A stretch of 64,000 nucleotides of DNA from an uncultured delta proteobacterium. GTDB taxonomy: Bacteria > Myxococcota_A > Polyangia > Polyangiales > Polyangiaceae. Shown here piece after piece: positions 30,658 to 40,940 of this stretch (positions are counted from its first letter, which is position 1; the number at the start of each line of letters is the position of its first letter). The notes under the pieces are model-generated. The model was not told the DNA's origin and searched no databases. It saw only the letters and a program-made list of their open reading frames with translations. The stretch is taken from the NCBI GenBank assembly GCA_963850305.1, contig CAWKKR010000008.1, positions 1,923,960-1,987,959 of the forward strand. Direction: 5' to 3'. The position numbers and the translations under genes were made by a program.

Positions 30658-31557
30658 TCACCCTGCCAAGTTCTTTTGAAAGAAACTGATCTGATCGGAG
30701 ACGCTTCGTTCGAACGGCTCGCCGACGTAGACGTCGAAATGCCCGAGCGGATAGTGAATCACTTCCGCGCGATTTCCCGCGCGCCGCGCGGCTTCTTCGG
30801 CGGCGGCGGCGGGCGCGACGGAATCCTTTTCGCAGATCTGGAAGAGGATCGGACACGGCACCTGGCTCGCGGAGGTCGTCGGGCGGTAGCTTCCGAGCTT
30901 GAGCCCGATGCGCGCTGCCACCTCATTTCGAAAACCAGTGGGCATGATGCCGCGGTAACCGGGCTCGCTGTCCGCGGTCGACATCGCAGCGACGGTGCCG
31001 GGCGCGCCGATGATCGGGATCATGTGGGGGGAAAGGCCAACTGCGGCGCGACCGAGATCGAGCGCGCCGTGGGCGCCGAGCGCGAGCGCGTGAAGGATGC
31101 CGGCGGAGCGAATCAGCTCGAGCGACGACGCCCGACCGTCCACCATGGGGCACTGCGACGAGATCGCGCGCACGCGGCCGTCGCGCGCCCCGGCGACGAT
31201 GACGTGACCGCCGCTGAAGGAGCTACCCCAGAGCGCAATGCGCTCCGCGTCGATTCCGTCCGCGGCACGCGCGAACGCGATGGCGGCCGCCCAATCGTCG
31301 AGCTGGCGCGACACGTCGAGGAGTTGACGCGGCTCGCCGTCACTCGCGCCGAAGTGGCGGTAGTCGAACACGAGCGCGGCCCAGCCGGCCTTCTCGAAGC
31401 GATCCGCGAACGCATCGAGCCGGGCCTCTTTCACGGCGCCGAACCCGTGCGCCAGAACGATACACGGAAGGCGCTTCGCAACGGGAACCGAGTCCGGACG
31501 GTAGAGCCATCCCCGACAGACGATTCCCGAGCTCGAAAATTCCACGTCGCGACGCAT
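30658..31557 (-). CDS. alpha/beta hydrolase
   Basis: LAHGFG, FDYRHFGASDG, WGSSFSGG nucleophile elbow, EKDSV, GHFDVY. Confidence 0.92.
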   Translation of the reverse strand: MRRDVEFSSSGIVCRGWLYRPDSVPVAKRLPCIVLAHGFGAVKEARLDAFADRFEKAGWAALVFDYRHFGASDGEPRQLLDVSRQLDDWAAAIAFARAADGIDAERIALWGSSFSGGHVIVAGARDGRVRAISSQCPMVDGRASSLELIRSAGILHALALGAHGALDLGRAAVGLSPHMIPIIGAPGTVAAMSTADSEPGYRGIMPTGFRNEVAARIGLKLGSYRPTTSASQVPCPILFQICEKDSVAPAAAAEEAARRAGNRAEVIHYPLGHFDVYVGEPFERSVSDQISFFQKNLAG

Positions 31558-31750
31558 GCTCGGCCGAGTACCGCGGACCCGGCTGAGGGGCAACGAGGGA
31601 ACCTGTTAGCGCCCAACCGCGGCCGTCACCGTGCCGTGATTCTCAGCCGCTCACGCACACACGGACAGTGGCCGCCGGGCTCGAGCTGATCGTCAGCGTC
31701 TTGCAGACGGCACTGAAACGAACAAGCGCCGCTCGCCTAGCGGCGACGGA

Positions 31751-32422
31751 TCAAAGTCTCGGCCGCCCACGAACGGCCGTCCGGAGCTGGAGGTTGGCGG
31801 GCGACACGCCGTAGTCCGTCTGGATCGTGGCGTAACAGTTCGACTGGCAATCGACCGTGCCGCAGCGCGAGATGCACGCGAGCAGCTCGATGCCGCCGTA
31901 GGTCTGCTCGGCGCAGTGATCGTAGAGCGAGGGACAGTAGGCGCACCCGCATCCGGCACCGCAACTGGTCTCGTTCGTCGACGTGTCACCGTTGATCGAA
32001 ATGGCGTTGTCGATGCAGTGGTCATTCGCGAGCGGTCCGAGGTAGCAGACGTTGGTCACCGTCGGGTCGGGGACGCCGTCGAGTGAGTAGCAATCACCGA
32101 CGCCCGCGTCTGCGATAGGAAGCGCCCCACCTCCGCCGAGGCTGCCCCCAGTGCCGAACACGCCGCCCGTGCTCGTGAATCCGCCGGTGCCCGTGGCTCC
32201 CCCGGCCGCGAACGTGCTCCTGCAGTCGGTGAGCTGAAGGACGCACGTCGTCGAACACCCGAGCGTGCCCTCGGGGAGTCGCCCCAAGGTCGCCGAAGCG
32301 CACGTCTCGCCGCCGAGGTTCTCGCAGTCGCAGGCCTCACCCTGCTCGAGGAGCCCGTCGCCGCACGTCGAGAGTCCGTTCGTCCCGCCGCCGGCACTGT
32401 CCGATCCCCCAGCGGGCCTCAC
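31751..32422 (-). pseudogene. fragment of a Cys/Gly-rich secreted protein
   Basis: CGDG....GEACD..NLGGETC...GTLGC repeat and Gly linker; no signal peptide and abrupt end. Confidence 0.5.
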
Positions 32423-32469
32423 GCCTCGAACCTACCACGAGGCGTGAGGACTGGAGTAAGAAGGCCCTC

Positions 32470-33246
32470 ATGAGCGCTTCGGATCTATTTTCCATCAAGG
32501 GCAAGGTCGCCGTCGTGACTGGCGGTTCACGCGGCATCGGTCAGATGATCGCCCGCGGTTTCGTGGAGGCGGGCGCGCGGGTCTACATCTCGGCGCGCAA
32601 GGCACAGGCGTGTGACGAGACCGCTGCCGAGCTCTCGAAGATCGGCGAGTGCATCGCGGTGCCGGCGGACCTCGGCACGCTCGAGGGCGTGGAGCACGTC
32701 GCGAAGATGGTGGCGGCGCGCGAGTCCTCGCTGCACATTCTCGTCAACAACGCGGGAGCCACGTGGGGCGCGCCGCTCGAAGAGTTTCCGGACGCGGGCT
32801 TCGACAAGATCATGGCGGTCAACGTGAAGGGCGTCTTTCATCTGACCGTGAAGCTCTTGCCGCTGCTTCGCAAGGCGGCCTCCGCGGACGATCCGGCGCG
32901 GGTCATCAACATCGGCTCGATCGACGGGCTGCGCGTCCCTCACTTCGACAACTTCTCGTACTCGGCGAGCAAGGCGGCGGTCCACATGCTCACCCGGCAT
33001 CTTTCCGACAAGCTCGTCACCGATCACATCAACGTGAACGCCATCGCGCCCGGGCTCTTCCCGAGCAAGATGACGCAGTTCGTCTTCGACGGTCTCGGTG
33101 AGGACGGCGCGGCGAGCAGCATTCCCATGCGCCGCGCCGGTCGCCCCGACGACATCGCCGGTACGGCCATCTACCTGTCCTCGCGAGCCGGCGCTTATCT
33201 CACTGGCGCCGTGATCCCCGTGGACGGCGGCGTGTCGACGCGCTGA
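32470..33246 (+). CDS. short-chain dehydrogenase/reductase
   Basis: TGGSRGIG, LVNNAG, NIGS, YSASK, NAIAPG, VDGG. Confidence 0.95.
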   Translation: MSASDLFSIKGKVAVVTGGSRGIGQMIARGFVEAGARVYISARKAQACDETAAELSKIGECIAVPADLGTLEGVEHVAKMVAARESSLHILVNNAGATWGAPLEEFPDAGFDKIMAVNVKGVFHLTVKLLPLLRKAASADDPARVINIGSIDGLRVPHFDNFSYSASKAAVHMLTRHLSDKLVTDHINVNAIAPGLFPSKMTQFVFDGLGEDGAASSIPMRRAGRPDDIAGTAIYLSSRAGAYLTGAVIPVDGGVSTR

Positions 33247-33331
33247 ACACATCGCGCGACTGCGCGATGTCGGCGTCGCGGGTAGGATTGCAGGGTCGAG
33301 TGTGACCGAGCTCGTTCTCCGCCGAGACGTC

Positions 33332-34204
33332 CTAGCCCCAGCGGCGCTTGCGCCGCGCGCCGATCGCGATGACAGCGCCGATTGCCGCCATTGCGACCCC
33401 GGAATCATCGCTACGGCTTTCGGTCACGCGACAGCTGCACCCGCCACTGCTCTTGCTCTTCGTACCGGTGGTTCCGCCGTCGGCCTCCTTCGGCATCGTG
33501 GACGTGCAGTACGTCCCGGCGCACGTCGCGCCAGCGCTCGCGCACTTGCAATCCGCGGCCGAGTTGCACCAGCCCGGATCACCCGTGCTCGCGGCCACGC
33601 AATGATGCGCCGCGGTCGCCCAGGAGCACACGTCGCCGCCGCACGTCGACGTCGAACAATCCGTATCGACTTCGCAAGAGGTCGTTCCCACCGTCCCCGT
33701 ACTACCTCCGGACGCGACCGCGCCGCCCGCGCCCGGCCCGGTGCCGCTCGCGGCCCCGCCATCGCTTCCCGTCGCGCCGCCCGCTCCCGTCGCGCCGCCC
33801 GCGATGGTCCCTAAGCCGCCGGCGGCTGTCGCCCCGGCGTCGATGAGCGTCGCGCCGCCGGTGCCCGCGTCGGTCACTCCGGACGCGCCGCCGGTGCCGC
33901 TCGTCACGCCGCATTCGCTCGGCGTCGTGCACGAACACACGTGGCTCGACAGGCACGTTGCACCCTGGGTCACGCACTTGCAGTCCGCATCCGCGTGACA
34001 CCAGCCGTCGCCGGGGCTGTCCGAGGCCGCGACGCAGGCCTTGGTCCCGAGGAAGTCGCAGACCAGGCCGCCGCAGAAGTTACCGCCCGGATCGGGGCAA
34101 TCCTCCACGTCCAGGTCGCAGGCCGCCGCCGCCGTGCGCGCGACGCCGAGCGCGCTCGCGGAAATCACGATCGCGGAAATGAGAAAGCGTTGCCCCTTGA
34201 ACAT
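33332..34204 (-). CDS. Cys-rich secreted protein with MYXO-CTERM sorting signal
   Basis: Signal peptide; duplicated CGG.VC...GWC...ADCKC...GATC domain; tail SSGGCSCR...hydrophobic...RRKRR. Confidence 0.82.
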   Translation of the reverse strand: MFKGQRFLISAIVISASALGVARTAAAACDLDVEDCPDPGGNFCGGLVCDFLGTKACVAASDSPGDGWCHADADCKCVTQGATCLSSHVCSCTTPSECGVTSGTGGASGVTDAGTGGATLIDAGATAAGGLGTIAGGATGAGGATGSDGGAASGTGPGAGGAVASGGSTGTVGTTSCEVDTDCSTSTCGGDVCSWATAAHHCVAASTGDPGWCNSAADCKCASAGATCAGTYCTSTMPKEADGGTTGTKSKSSGGCSCRVTESRSDDSGVAMAAIGAVIAIGARRKRRWG

Positions 34205-34294
34205 CCGAAGCCTCCGTCTCGAGTACCCCCCGTATCTGGCGCCGGCCGGCCGTGCGCCGCAAGCTCCCGTTCCAACAATCGTTGCGACGCGAGG

Positions 34295-34702
34295 TCACTG
34301 GCTCCCGGCGAAGGGGGGCGTACCCGCTATCTCGCTCGGATCGCCGGTTCTCGGCGTGCCGGCGTCCGGGGCAAGGTCGTAGAGACCGAGCGCGACGTTC
34401 GCGACCGACCGGATCCGCATCGAGATCGAGTCGGCGTCGACGACGTCGTGCGCGAGCGCCACGACGTCCGTCAATGCGCGGCGCGCGGTGTGAAGCTCGG
34501 TCAGGAGCCACTTCACGTCTTCCTTCTGCGGGAGCTGACCCTGCGTCAGGGCTCGCTCGATGTCGCGCGCCCGCCAGTCCACGTGCACGCTGCGCGAGGG
34601 CAGGAGCCCGGAACCGCCGCAATCGGGACAATCCATGGGCCCGTAGTCCGTCGGGCGTTCCCCGGTGCCCCCGCAGCTCAGGCAATGTCGCGACTCGTGC
34701 AT
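34295..34702 (-). CDS. small protein with DnaJ-type CxxCxGxG zinc finger
   Basis: CLSCGGTG and CPDCGGSG. Confidence 0.6.
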   Translation of the reverse strand: MHESRHCLSCGGTGERPTDYGPMDCPDCGGSGLLPSRSVHVDWRARDIERALTQGQLPQKEDVKWLLTELHTARRALTDVVALAHDVVDADSISMRIRSVANVALGLYDLAPDAGTPRTGDPSEIAGTPPFAGSQ

Positions 34703-34823
34703 CCGACGCTAGGTATCCCAAGGCTCCGGCCTTTGGCAACCATCACCCGGAAAAGCTGCGGGTCCCGCCCGAGCTGTCCGAGAGCCCGAGATCCCGGGCC
34801 AGGTGCCGCGCGAGGCGTCGCAC

Positions 34824-35900
34824 TCAGAACGACCCGCGAACCGTCGCGCGCGCGCTGCCAGGCCCGGCGGCGACGTCGAAGCCGACGCTCCGTGCCGCGG
34901 ACGCCGTCGAAGAACTGCTCGGTGCGGTGAAGATCAAGACGAGACCCGCGGCCGTAGCGATGGCGCCGCCGATGGTGAACACGGTGGCGACGTTGGCGTT
35001 CCCCTTGGCGGCGTTGCCGAGATCGACGCCTTGCTGCGTGCAGAAGCCGTCCGGGCCGCAATAATCGTTCGCTTGCGAGTTCTTCGATTTGGCCTCGAGA
35101 GAGAGAACGCCGCCGGCCGCCAGCGAGGCGATGCCGAGTCCTCCCACGACGTATCCGTACATGCGCTGCGCGCTTCCACCGTGTTGCGCGGCGTCCGGAG
35201 CCGCCGGGGGCGGGGCCGCAGCGGCAGGGAGGATGGGTGCCGGCGCAGCCGCGGGCTGCGGTGCGGCGGGTGCGGGCACCGGAGCGGTGGCCACGAGGGG
35301 CGGCACGGTCGTCTCCGTGACGCCGGCTCCCTGAACCGCCACGTCGGATGCCCAGGAAGCGTGGCCCGGCGCGCGGGCTTCGAGGTGATGCGTGCCCGCA
35401 TCGAGCGGAACCGGCACGGACCAGAGTCCGCGCGCGACGATCTCGCCGTCCCGGCGTAGCTCGAAGCCGTCGATGGCGTCCTCGGGCGCGACGTCGAGGG
35501 TGAGGCGGGAGAGCTTTGGCTCGAGAGCGTCGGCGAGGCTCCCGGCGATCTTCTCACGGTCGGCCTCGCCTGCGACGTGCGCGGCGGATGCGGCTTCCTT
35601 GTACGTCGCCCACGCGCTCGCGAAGCGGCCCGCTTGTTCGTAACAGTCACCGAGGTAGAGCAGCGTGCCGACGCCGGCATCGAGCTGCTGGCTGACCTCG
35701 AACTTCTTGCACGCTTCGTCGAACTTCTTCTGCGCTTCGAGCGCACGGCCCTGCTGAAAGAGCGCTTCGGCCGCGGCGCGATCGGTCGCTCCTTCCGCGC
35801 GCGCGTCGCGTGCGGTGCTCGCCAGCCCGAGCACGAACAAGACGGTCACGCCGGATCGAAGCGGTCGAGAGCCCACGAGCGACATTCCCCGCAGCATCAT
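34824..35900 (-). CDS. TPR + PEGA-like domain membrane protein
   Basis: AEALFQQGR...ACKKFEVS...LGDCYEQAG, VPLDAGTHHLEARAPG, C-terminal TM segments ending RGSF. Confidence 0.82.
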   Translation of the reverse strand: MMLRGMSLVGSRPLRSGVTVLFVLGLASTARDARAEGATDRAAAEALFQQGRALEAQKKFDEACKKFEVSQQLDAGVGTLLYLGDCYEQAGRFASAWATYKEAASAAHVAGEADREKIAGSLADALEPKLSRLTLDVAPEDAIDGFELRRDGEIVARGLWSVPVPLDAGTHHLEARAPGHASWASDVAVQGAGVTETTVPPLVATAPVPAPAAPQPAAAPAPILPAAAAPPPAAPDAAQHGGSAQRMYGYVVGGLGIASLAAGGVLSLEAKSKNSQANDYCGPDGFCTQQGVDLGNAAKGNANVATVFTIGGAIATAAGLVLIFTAPSSSSTASAARSVGFDVAAGPGSARATVRGSF

Positions 35901-37342
35901 TTACGATCGCCGAACATCGCCGCGCGCGACGGCGGGGCCGCGGGAGCCGCGGGAGCCGGCGTTGCCGCGGCGTGCTCGACGGCCTTCTTTTCGGGCGCGA
36001 AGTGCCGCGACGCGGCGTGTCGGACGCGCGCGGGTGCGATCGCAACCGGCGTGGGCGTGACGGCAACCGGTGCTGGCGCGACCGCAACTGCCGGAGCCGG
36101 GACGATGCTCGGCGCGGCGCTGGCGCCGGGTTCCGGTTCTTTGGCGGGAAGAGCCGTCGTCGCCGGCTCGGCGGGTGCTGGCGGTGCGACGAGGGCCGCG
36201 GAAGGCAGTGCCTGAGCCGCGGTTTCGGCGTTCGCGGCGTGGCGGGACAGCGAATAGGCCGCGACGCCGCCGAACACGAGGAGGACCGTCGCCACCGTTG
36301 CGACGAGGGTGACGCGCCTGTTCCCGCCGCCACCGGGCGCGGTCTGACCCCAGGCCCCGACCGTTCCGCTTCCCTTCTTCGGCGGCGGGGTCGTGTGGAC
36401 CGGCTCCGTACCGAGATCAATCGACGACATCCCGGCCGCGCTCATGACCTTGGAGATGCGCTCGACGCTCACGCGCGAGCGCTTCGGACCGTAGGGGGCC
36501 AGCGCGTGGGCGAACTCCGCGACGCTCGGGAAACGGTCCTTCGACGATTTCTGGAGGCACTTGGCGACGGTTGCGGAAAGCCCCGGGGGAGCGTCGGGCC
36601 GCGCGTCGGTGACGGGGGCCGGCGTGTCCGTGAAGATCTTCGCGCACAGCTCGGGCAGCGCCTCGGCGGCGAAGGGCGGCCCGCCCGTCAGGAGCTCGTA
36701 GAGAATCGCGCCGAGCGACCAGATGTCGCTCCTCGCGTCCGCGTCGCGGGCCGAGCGCATCTGCTCGGGCGACATGTAAAGCGGCGAGCCCATCATGGAC
36801 GACGTCTTCGTGAGCGACATGTCGCCGCCGGAGTCGCTCGGGACGGTCACCTTGGAGATGCCGAAATCCAGCACTTTCACGACGTACGAGGCGTCCGCGC
36901 GCTGCGTGAGAAACAGGTTCGCCGGCTTCAGATCGCGGTGGACGATGCCCGCCGCGTGCGCTTCCGCGATCGCTTCGCACGCCTGCAGCAAATATTCGAC
37001 CGCGTCCTCGATGGGGAGCGTCCGTCGCTCATCGAGGAGCGCCGAGAGATCGCGCCCCGCGAGGTACTCCATCACCATGTACGGCGCGCCCGTCTCGAGC
37101 GTCCCGACGTCGATGACGCGCGCCACGTGCTCGCTCTTGATCTTGACCGCCGCGCGCGCCTCGCGAAGGAACCGTGCCGCGGCCTCGGGATGCTGGGCGT
37201 ACTCCGGCAACAGGAACTTCACCGCGACGCGCTCGTCGAGCTGAAGATGCATCGCCTGCACCACGACGCCCATCCCGCCCTGTCCCAGCACGCGCTCCAC
37301 GCGGTACTTGCCGACCAGGATTTGTCCCGCTTCGACACTCAT
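35897..37342 (-). CDS. membrane-anchored eukaryotic-type Ser/Thr protein kinase
   Basis: LGQGGMG, VAVK, HRDLKPAN, DFG, GSPLYMSPEQ, DIWSLG; TM helix and Pro/Ala tail. Confidence 0.96.
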   Translation of the reverse strand: MSVEAGQILVGKYRVERVLGQGGMGVVVQAMHLQLDERVAVKFLLPEYAQHPEAAARFLREARAAVKIKSEHVARVIDVGTLETGAPYMVMEYLAGRDLSALLDERRTLPIEDAVEYLLQACEAIAEAHAAGIVHRDLKPANLFLTQRADASYVVKVLDFGISKVTVPSDSGGDMSLTKTSSMMGSPLYMSPEQMRSARDADARSDIWSLGAILYELLTGGPPFAAEALPELCAKIFTDTPAPVTDARPDAPPGLSATVAKCLQKSSKDRFPSVAEFAHALAPYGPKRSRVSVERISKVMSAAGMSSIDLGTEPVHTTPPPKKGSGTVGAWGQTAPGGGGNRRVTLVATVATVLLVFGGVAAYSLSRHAANAETAAQALPSAALVAPPAPAEPATTALPAKEPEPGASAAPSIVPAPAVAVAPAPVAVTPTPVAIAPARVRHAASRHFAPEKKAVEHAAATPAPAAPAAPPSRAAMFGDRK

Positions 37343-37433
37343 CCAACCCAGAACGGTATACCCGAATCCCCCGCCCCGCCACCGGCTCCGGGGAGGGAGG
37401 GCGAAAGCCGCTCCAAAGAACTGCTCGATGGGC

Positions 37434-39429
37434 TCAGGGGCAGCCGATGGGAGCCACGTCAATGGCGCTCGGCCCGACACTGAACAGCAGCAAGCGCCCC
37501 CTTCCGAGCGCGAGCGTCACCGGGCCGGTACTCGGGGTCTCGAGTGGAATCTGGATTGGCGCATCGTAAGAATTCAGGTTGGCGTCGTCCTTGGCGAGGT
37601 AGGCCATGGCCGGTTCTGCCGTCAGGGTGACGAAGCTCGGAGTAACGGGGACCACGGCAAAGGGTGTCATGGTGGGGGGCAGCTGGGGATTGCTGGAAAT
37701 CTGGCCGCTAGACGTCAACCCCGGGACGATGAATCGGCCCAGCTCGCTCACCGCGCTCTTGGCGTTTCCCGACATCACCACGGCCGAGGTTTGAGCATTC
37801 CCGCCCGCCACGGATCGAATCCCCCGCCAGGCCGCCGGACGTGGGAAACGACAGCATCGTGGGTTGCGGCGTTTGTCCGGTCGCGAACGAGAACCCGAGC
37901 ACGCCGTACGATGACTCTTCTGCCACGAAAACGGACGTGCCGGCGACCGTCGCGAACGCACCGCGGCCGTCGAGCGGTTCCGGGAAATCGTAGGTCAGGT
38001 TCGTCGATGGCTGCCCGCTGCTGTCGAACGAGCGAAGGAGCGCGCTCGCGCCGTCGCTGAAGAGGGCGGCCCACTCGGTGCCATCCCATCCGATGGCGAT
38101 CACCGACCCCGGCGCGGCTTCCGTCATCGGCGCCACTCCGAGCGTCGCCCCACCGATGATGGCCATCTTCGCCGCGTAAGAGGAGGTTCCGCTCTGCTCG
38201 CTCGAGGTGGCGAACGCGGCGAGCTGCGCGGTGTTCGACGCCACCGCGACGCCGGTCACCGTGCCCAGCGTCGTCTTGAGGATGGTGCTCGGCGAGCCCA
38301 CGGAGATGCTGCCCCCATCGTCGCTGATCACGTCGACCCAGGCCGCCTCGGGTGCGGTTCCGGCGCCGTCGATCCAGGTCAGGATTACCTGACCCGGGGT
38401 CGTCCCCTCGAGCGCCCTGAGCTGCCGCGCGGCGCCGCTCGTCAGCGGGGCGACGTGCGTCCAGGCCCCCACTGTCCACGTGAAGCCTTCGTCGACCTCG
38501 CCGTTGCCGTTGTCGTCGACGAAGTTGCACAGCTCCCCGCCCGGACCGACTCCGCCGCCTCCCGATCCGCCGATTCCGCCCGCGCCGCCCGCTCCCGTCG
38601 CGCCGCCGCCGCCCTGGAATGACTGGGCGCATTGCTTGCAGCTGGTGCCGAGGCACTGTGCGAGCGCGTCGAGAGTCGGATTATCCGTGCCGTCGGGGCT
38701 GCATTTCTCGGCGCAGGTGCCGGCCTCCTCACATCCGCTTTGCAGGATGCAGCTCACATACGCCCCACACGTCGTGCCTTGCGAGCAGGTCGCGCCCAGG
38801 GTCGCGTCGCAGAGGGAACAGATGCAGGGAAAACATTCCGCTGGGCCGTTCACGGCGGCGCACTGGTCGCGCGGATCCGGTGCTGTCGCGACCGGACTGC
38901 ACGACGGGCATGATTTCGCGGCGCACACGGCGAGGTTGGTGATCAGCGTGTCGGACGCCGCCGGGGCCGTCACGAGAACGTCCGCGCAAGCCGGCGCGCT
39001 CCTGCACGACTTGGGAGACTGGCACTGGGACTGCGCGAAGCAACGCTCGAGGTCGTCGCAGTGGGCCGTCGAGGATGCGCATTCACCGGTCTGATCGCAG
39101 CTGTCGCAGAGGCAGCTCGTGCACTGGGAAGAGGCGTAAAAGGATTCGCACAGCGCCGCGGGAGCTCCACCGCTCCCGCCCGAGCCGGGACACGGCCCGT
39201 TGCATCCGCCGCCGATTCCGATCGTCCCGCCCGCGCCGGAGCTGGACCCTCCCGGACCGGAGCAGTTCGCGGTGCACGCGCCGCCGGAACCGCCGTCGCG
39301 ATCGCCGCTCGAGCCGCCGCCGGCCTCGGCGCGGAGCTTGCGATCCTGGATGCCGAGGATCGACGTGCAGCTCACCATGCCGCTCAACACGAGCGTCAGC
39401 CCGAGCGCCGCCAGACCGAAGGACTTCAA
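37434..39429 (-). CDS. large Cys-rich lipoprotein, frameshifted in a G5 run near 37823
   Basis: VS-C-TSILGI lipobox, Cys-rich helical repeats, ELCN.VDDNGNGEVDEG motif; removing one G joins GGLAG-IRSVAGG to the 37434 frame, which ends IGCP. Confidence 0.7.
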
Positions 39430-39452
39430 GGCACGTCAGAATAACATGAGTT

Positions 39453-39905
39453 TCATTCCGAACTCGCGCTCCACGCCCCGAGCTGCCCCTGCGCGGTTTC
39501 GAGCGTGAAGTTCGCTTCGCGCAGGCGTTCGAGCAACCTCACGAGGGACCCGCGAACGCGTCGGGGCGGCAGATCGAGCTCGTCCGCCATCGCGAACACC
39601 GCGAGCTCGAGCGATGCGCGCCCGTTGATGCCCGCGGGCGGAAGCTCCGCCACTGAAGCTGCTCCCGCGTCGGCTCCTTCCACTTCGCTCGCCAGAGTGG
39701 CTTGCAGCGCCGCGGCCGCCGCGGGGTCGATCGCATTGAACGCGGTCACGAGAGCCCGCCGGTGATGCTTCGTCGGCACGCTGGTATCGGCCTCCCAGCG
39801 ATAGACGGCGCTCGTCTTCAAGCCGAGCCGCTGTCCAAGCTGTGTCTGCGTGAGCCCGGCCGCCCGCCGCGCATTCCGGATCGATTGAGCCACCTTCGAG
39901 CGCAT
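39453..39905 (-). CDS. XRE-family helix-turn-helix regulator
   Basis: IRNARRAAGLTQTQLGQRLGL...VYRWE...P. Confidence 0.85.
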   Translation of the reverse strand: MRSKVAQSIRNARRAAGLTQTQLGQRLGLKTSAVYRWEADTSVPTKHHRRALVTAFNAIDPAAAAALQATLASEVEGADAGAASVAELPPAGINGRASLELAVFAMADELDLPPRRVRGSLVRLLERLREANFTLETAQGQLGAWSASSE

Positions 39906-39942
39906 TGCCGAATCCTCATATCCCGCGCCGGAGCGCGTAAAG

Positions 39943-40168
39943 GCTAATTTTTAGCTATCGACACCTGATAGCAAGCCAAAATAGGCGAATCCTTAGCTAT
40001 TCCAGGCTCAATCAGCGCAAATGATGGATGGAAATAAGCTATTTTATGCGCTCCATCGGCGAAAGATGCCTATCCAATCGCCGTTGCCAGCCCAGCTCGA
40101 GCAAAAAACAGCTAATAATTAGCTATCAGTCGCTCGCTGTCAGCGATCCGTAGCTAAACTTTAGCTAT
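39943..40168. promoter_or_regulatory. array of four palindromic operator-like sites GCTAA-N3-TTAGC
   Basis: Perfect copies at 39943, 40111 and 40153; one-mismatch copy (GCGAA) at 39985; each followed by TAT; AT-rich; upstream of the XRE gene. Confidence 0.7.
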
Positions 40169-40337
40169 ATAATAGCGCCGGACGAGCCCGAAATGGCTAT
40201 TCACGTGCCATCCGGCGCCCGCCGAGGGCGGATCGTTCGTTCGGCGTGGCGCGCGCGAACCTCCGACCGTCGTTCGAGCGATGAGAGAGAGAGGGGGCAC
40301 GTTGCGCGTCGAGCGGCGGAGCTCGACAGAAGCAAGT

Positions 40338-40934
40338 TCACTCGTCTTTCTCGTGATCGACGATTTCCGGGTCGTCCTCGCGCGGCGGAACGAAGAACAC
40401 GAAGCCACCTTGATGACTCGCGGGCACCGGTGGGGGAGCGCCGTAGATTGGCATCAGCTGGAAGCCGCCCGCGCCGTTGTTGTTGCCCGCGTCGCCTGCG
40501 TCGGATTTGCCGGCGTCGATGGGAATTGGCGAGCCGTAGTGCGGCTGACCAAAAAATACTCCGCCACTTCCACCGGAGTTCGCGGCTCCGCCAGATCCCG
40601 AGCCGTCCGCGTCGCTCCCGCCAGCCTCGGCGACGACGGGCGCGCCGTACGCCGCGTCCATCGATCCGCCTGCGAATCCACCACTTCCCGTTTCGCCGCC
40701 CGTGTTCGTCGTGCCCGTTGCGCCGACGGTGCTGCCGCCACATGCGACGGCGCCCGCCGCGCCGACGCTCGCCGCCACGAACGCGACGAGCGCGGCCCGG
40801 CTCAGTCGAGCCGCGGGCAACGCCGGTTCCGGCGCGAGCGCGACCTCGCGCGCGAGGGCCGCGCCGCAGAACGGGCACGCCGACTCATGCCGCCGGATGT
40901 GCCGCTCGCAGCCCGAGCAGAGAACGAGGCTCAT
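40338..40934 (-). CDS. putative radical-SAM substrate 1: Zn-ribbon leader, lipoprotein signal, three YGxP motifs
   Basis: CSGC.RHIR..ESACPFC, RLSRAAL, AVA-C; AYGAP, HYGSP, IYGAP. Confidence 0.78.
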   Translation of the reverse strand: MSLVLCSGCERHIRRHESACPFCGAALAREVALAPEPALPAARLSRAALVAFVAASVGAAGAVACGGSTVGATGTTNTGGETGSGGFAGGSMDAAYGAPVVAEAGGSDADGSGSGGAANSGGSGGVFFGQPHYGSPIPIDAGKSDAGDAGNNNGAGGFQLMPIYGAPPPVPASHQGGFVFFVPPREDDPEIVDHEKDE

Positions 40935-40940
40935 CGGACT

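Noticed and set aside
33332..33450. Link between the MYXO-CTERM protein and the rhomboid at 61.5 kb
   Set aside because: They are 28 kb apart; rhomboid-type rhombosortase processes GlyGly-CTERM, and nothing here ties this rhomboid to MYXO-CTERM.
39943..40168. Possible CRISPR or iteron array from the 42-bp periodicity
   Set aside because: The conserved part is only 13-16 bp and palindromic, one register position lacks it, and no cas or rep gene is nearby; an operator array fits better.
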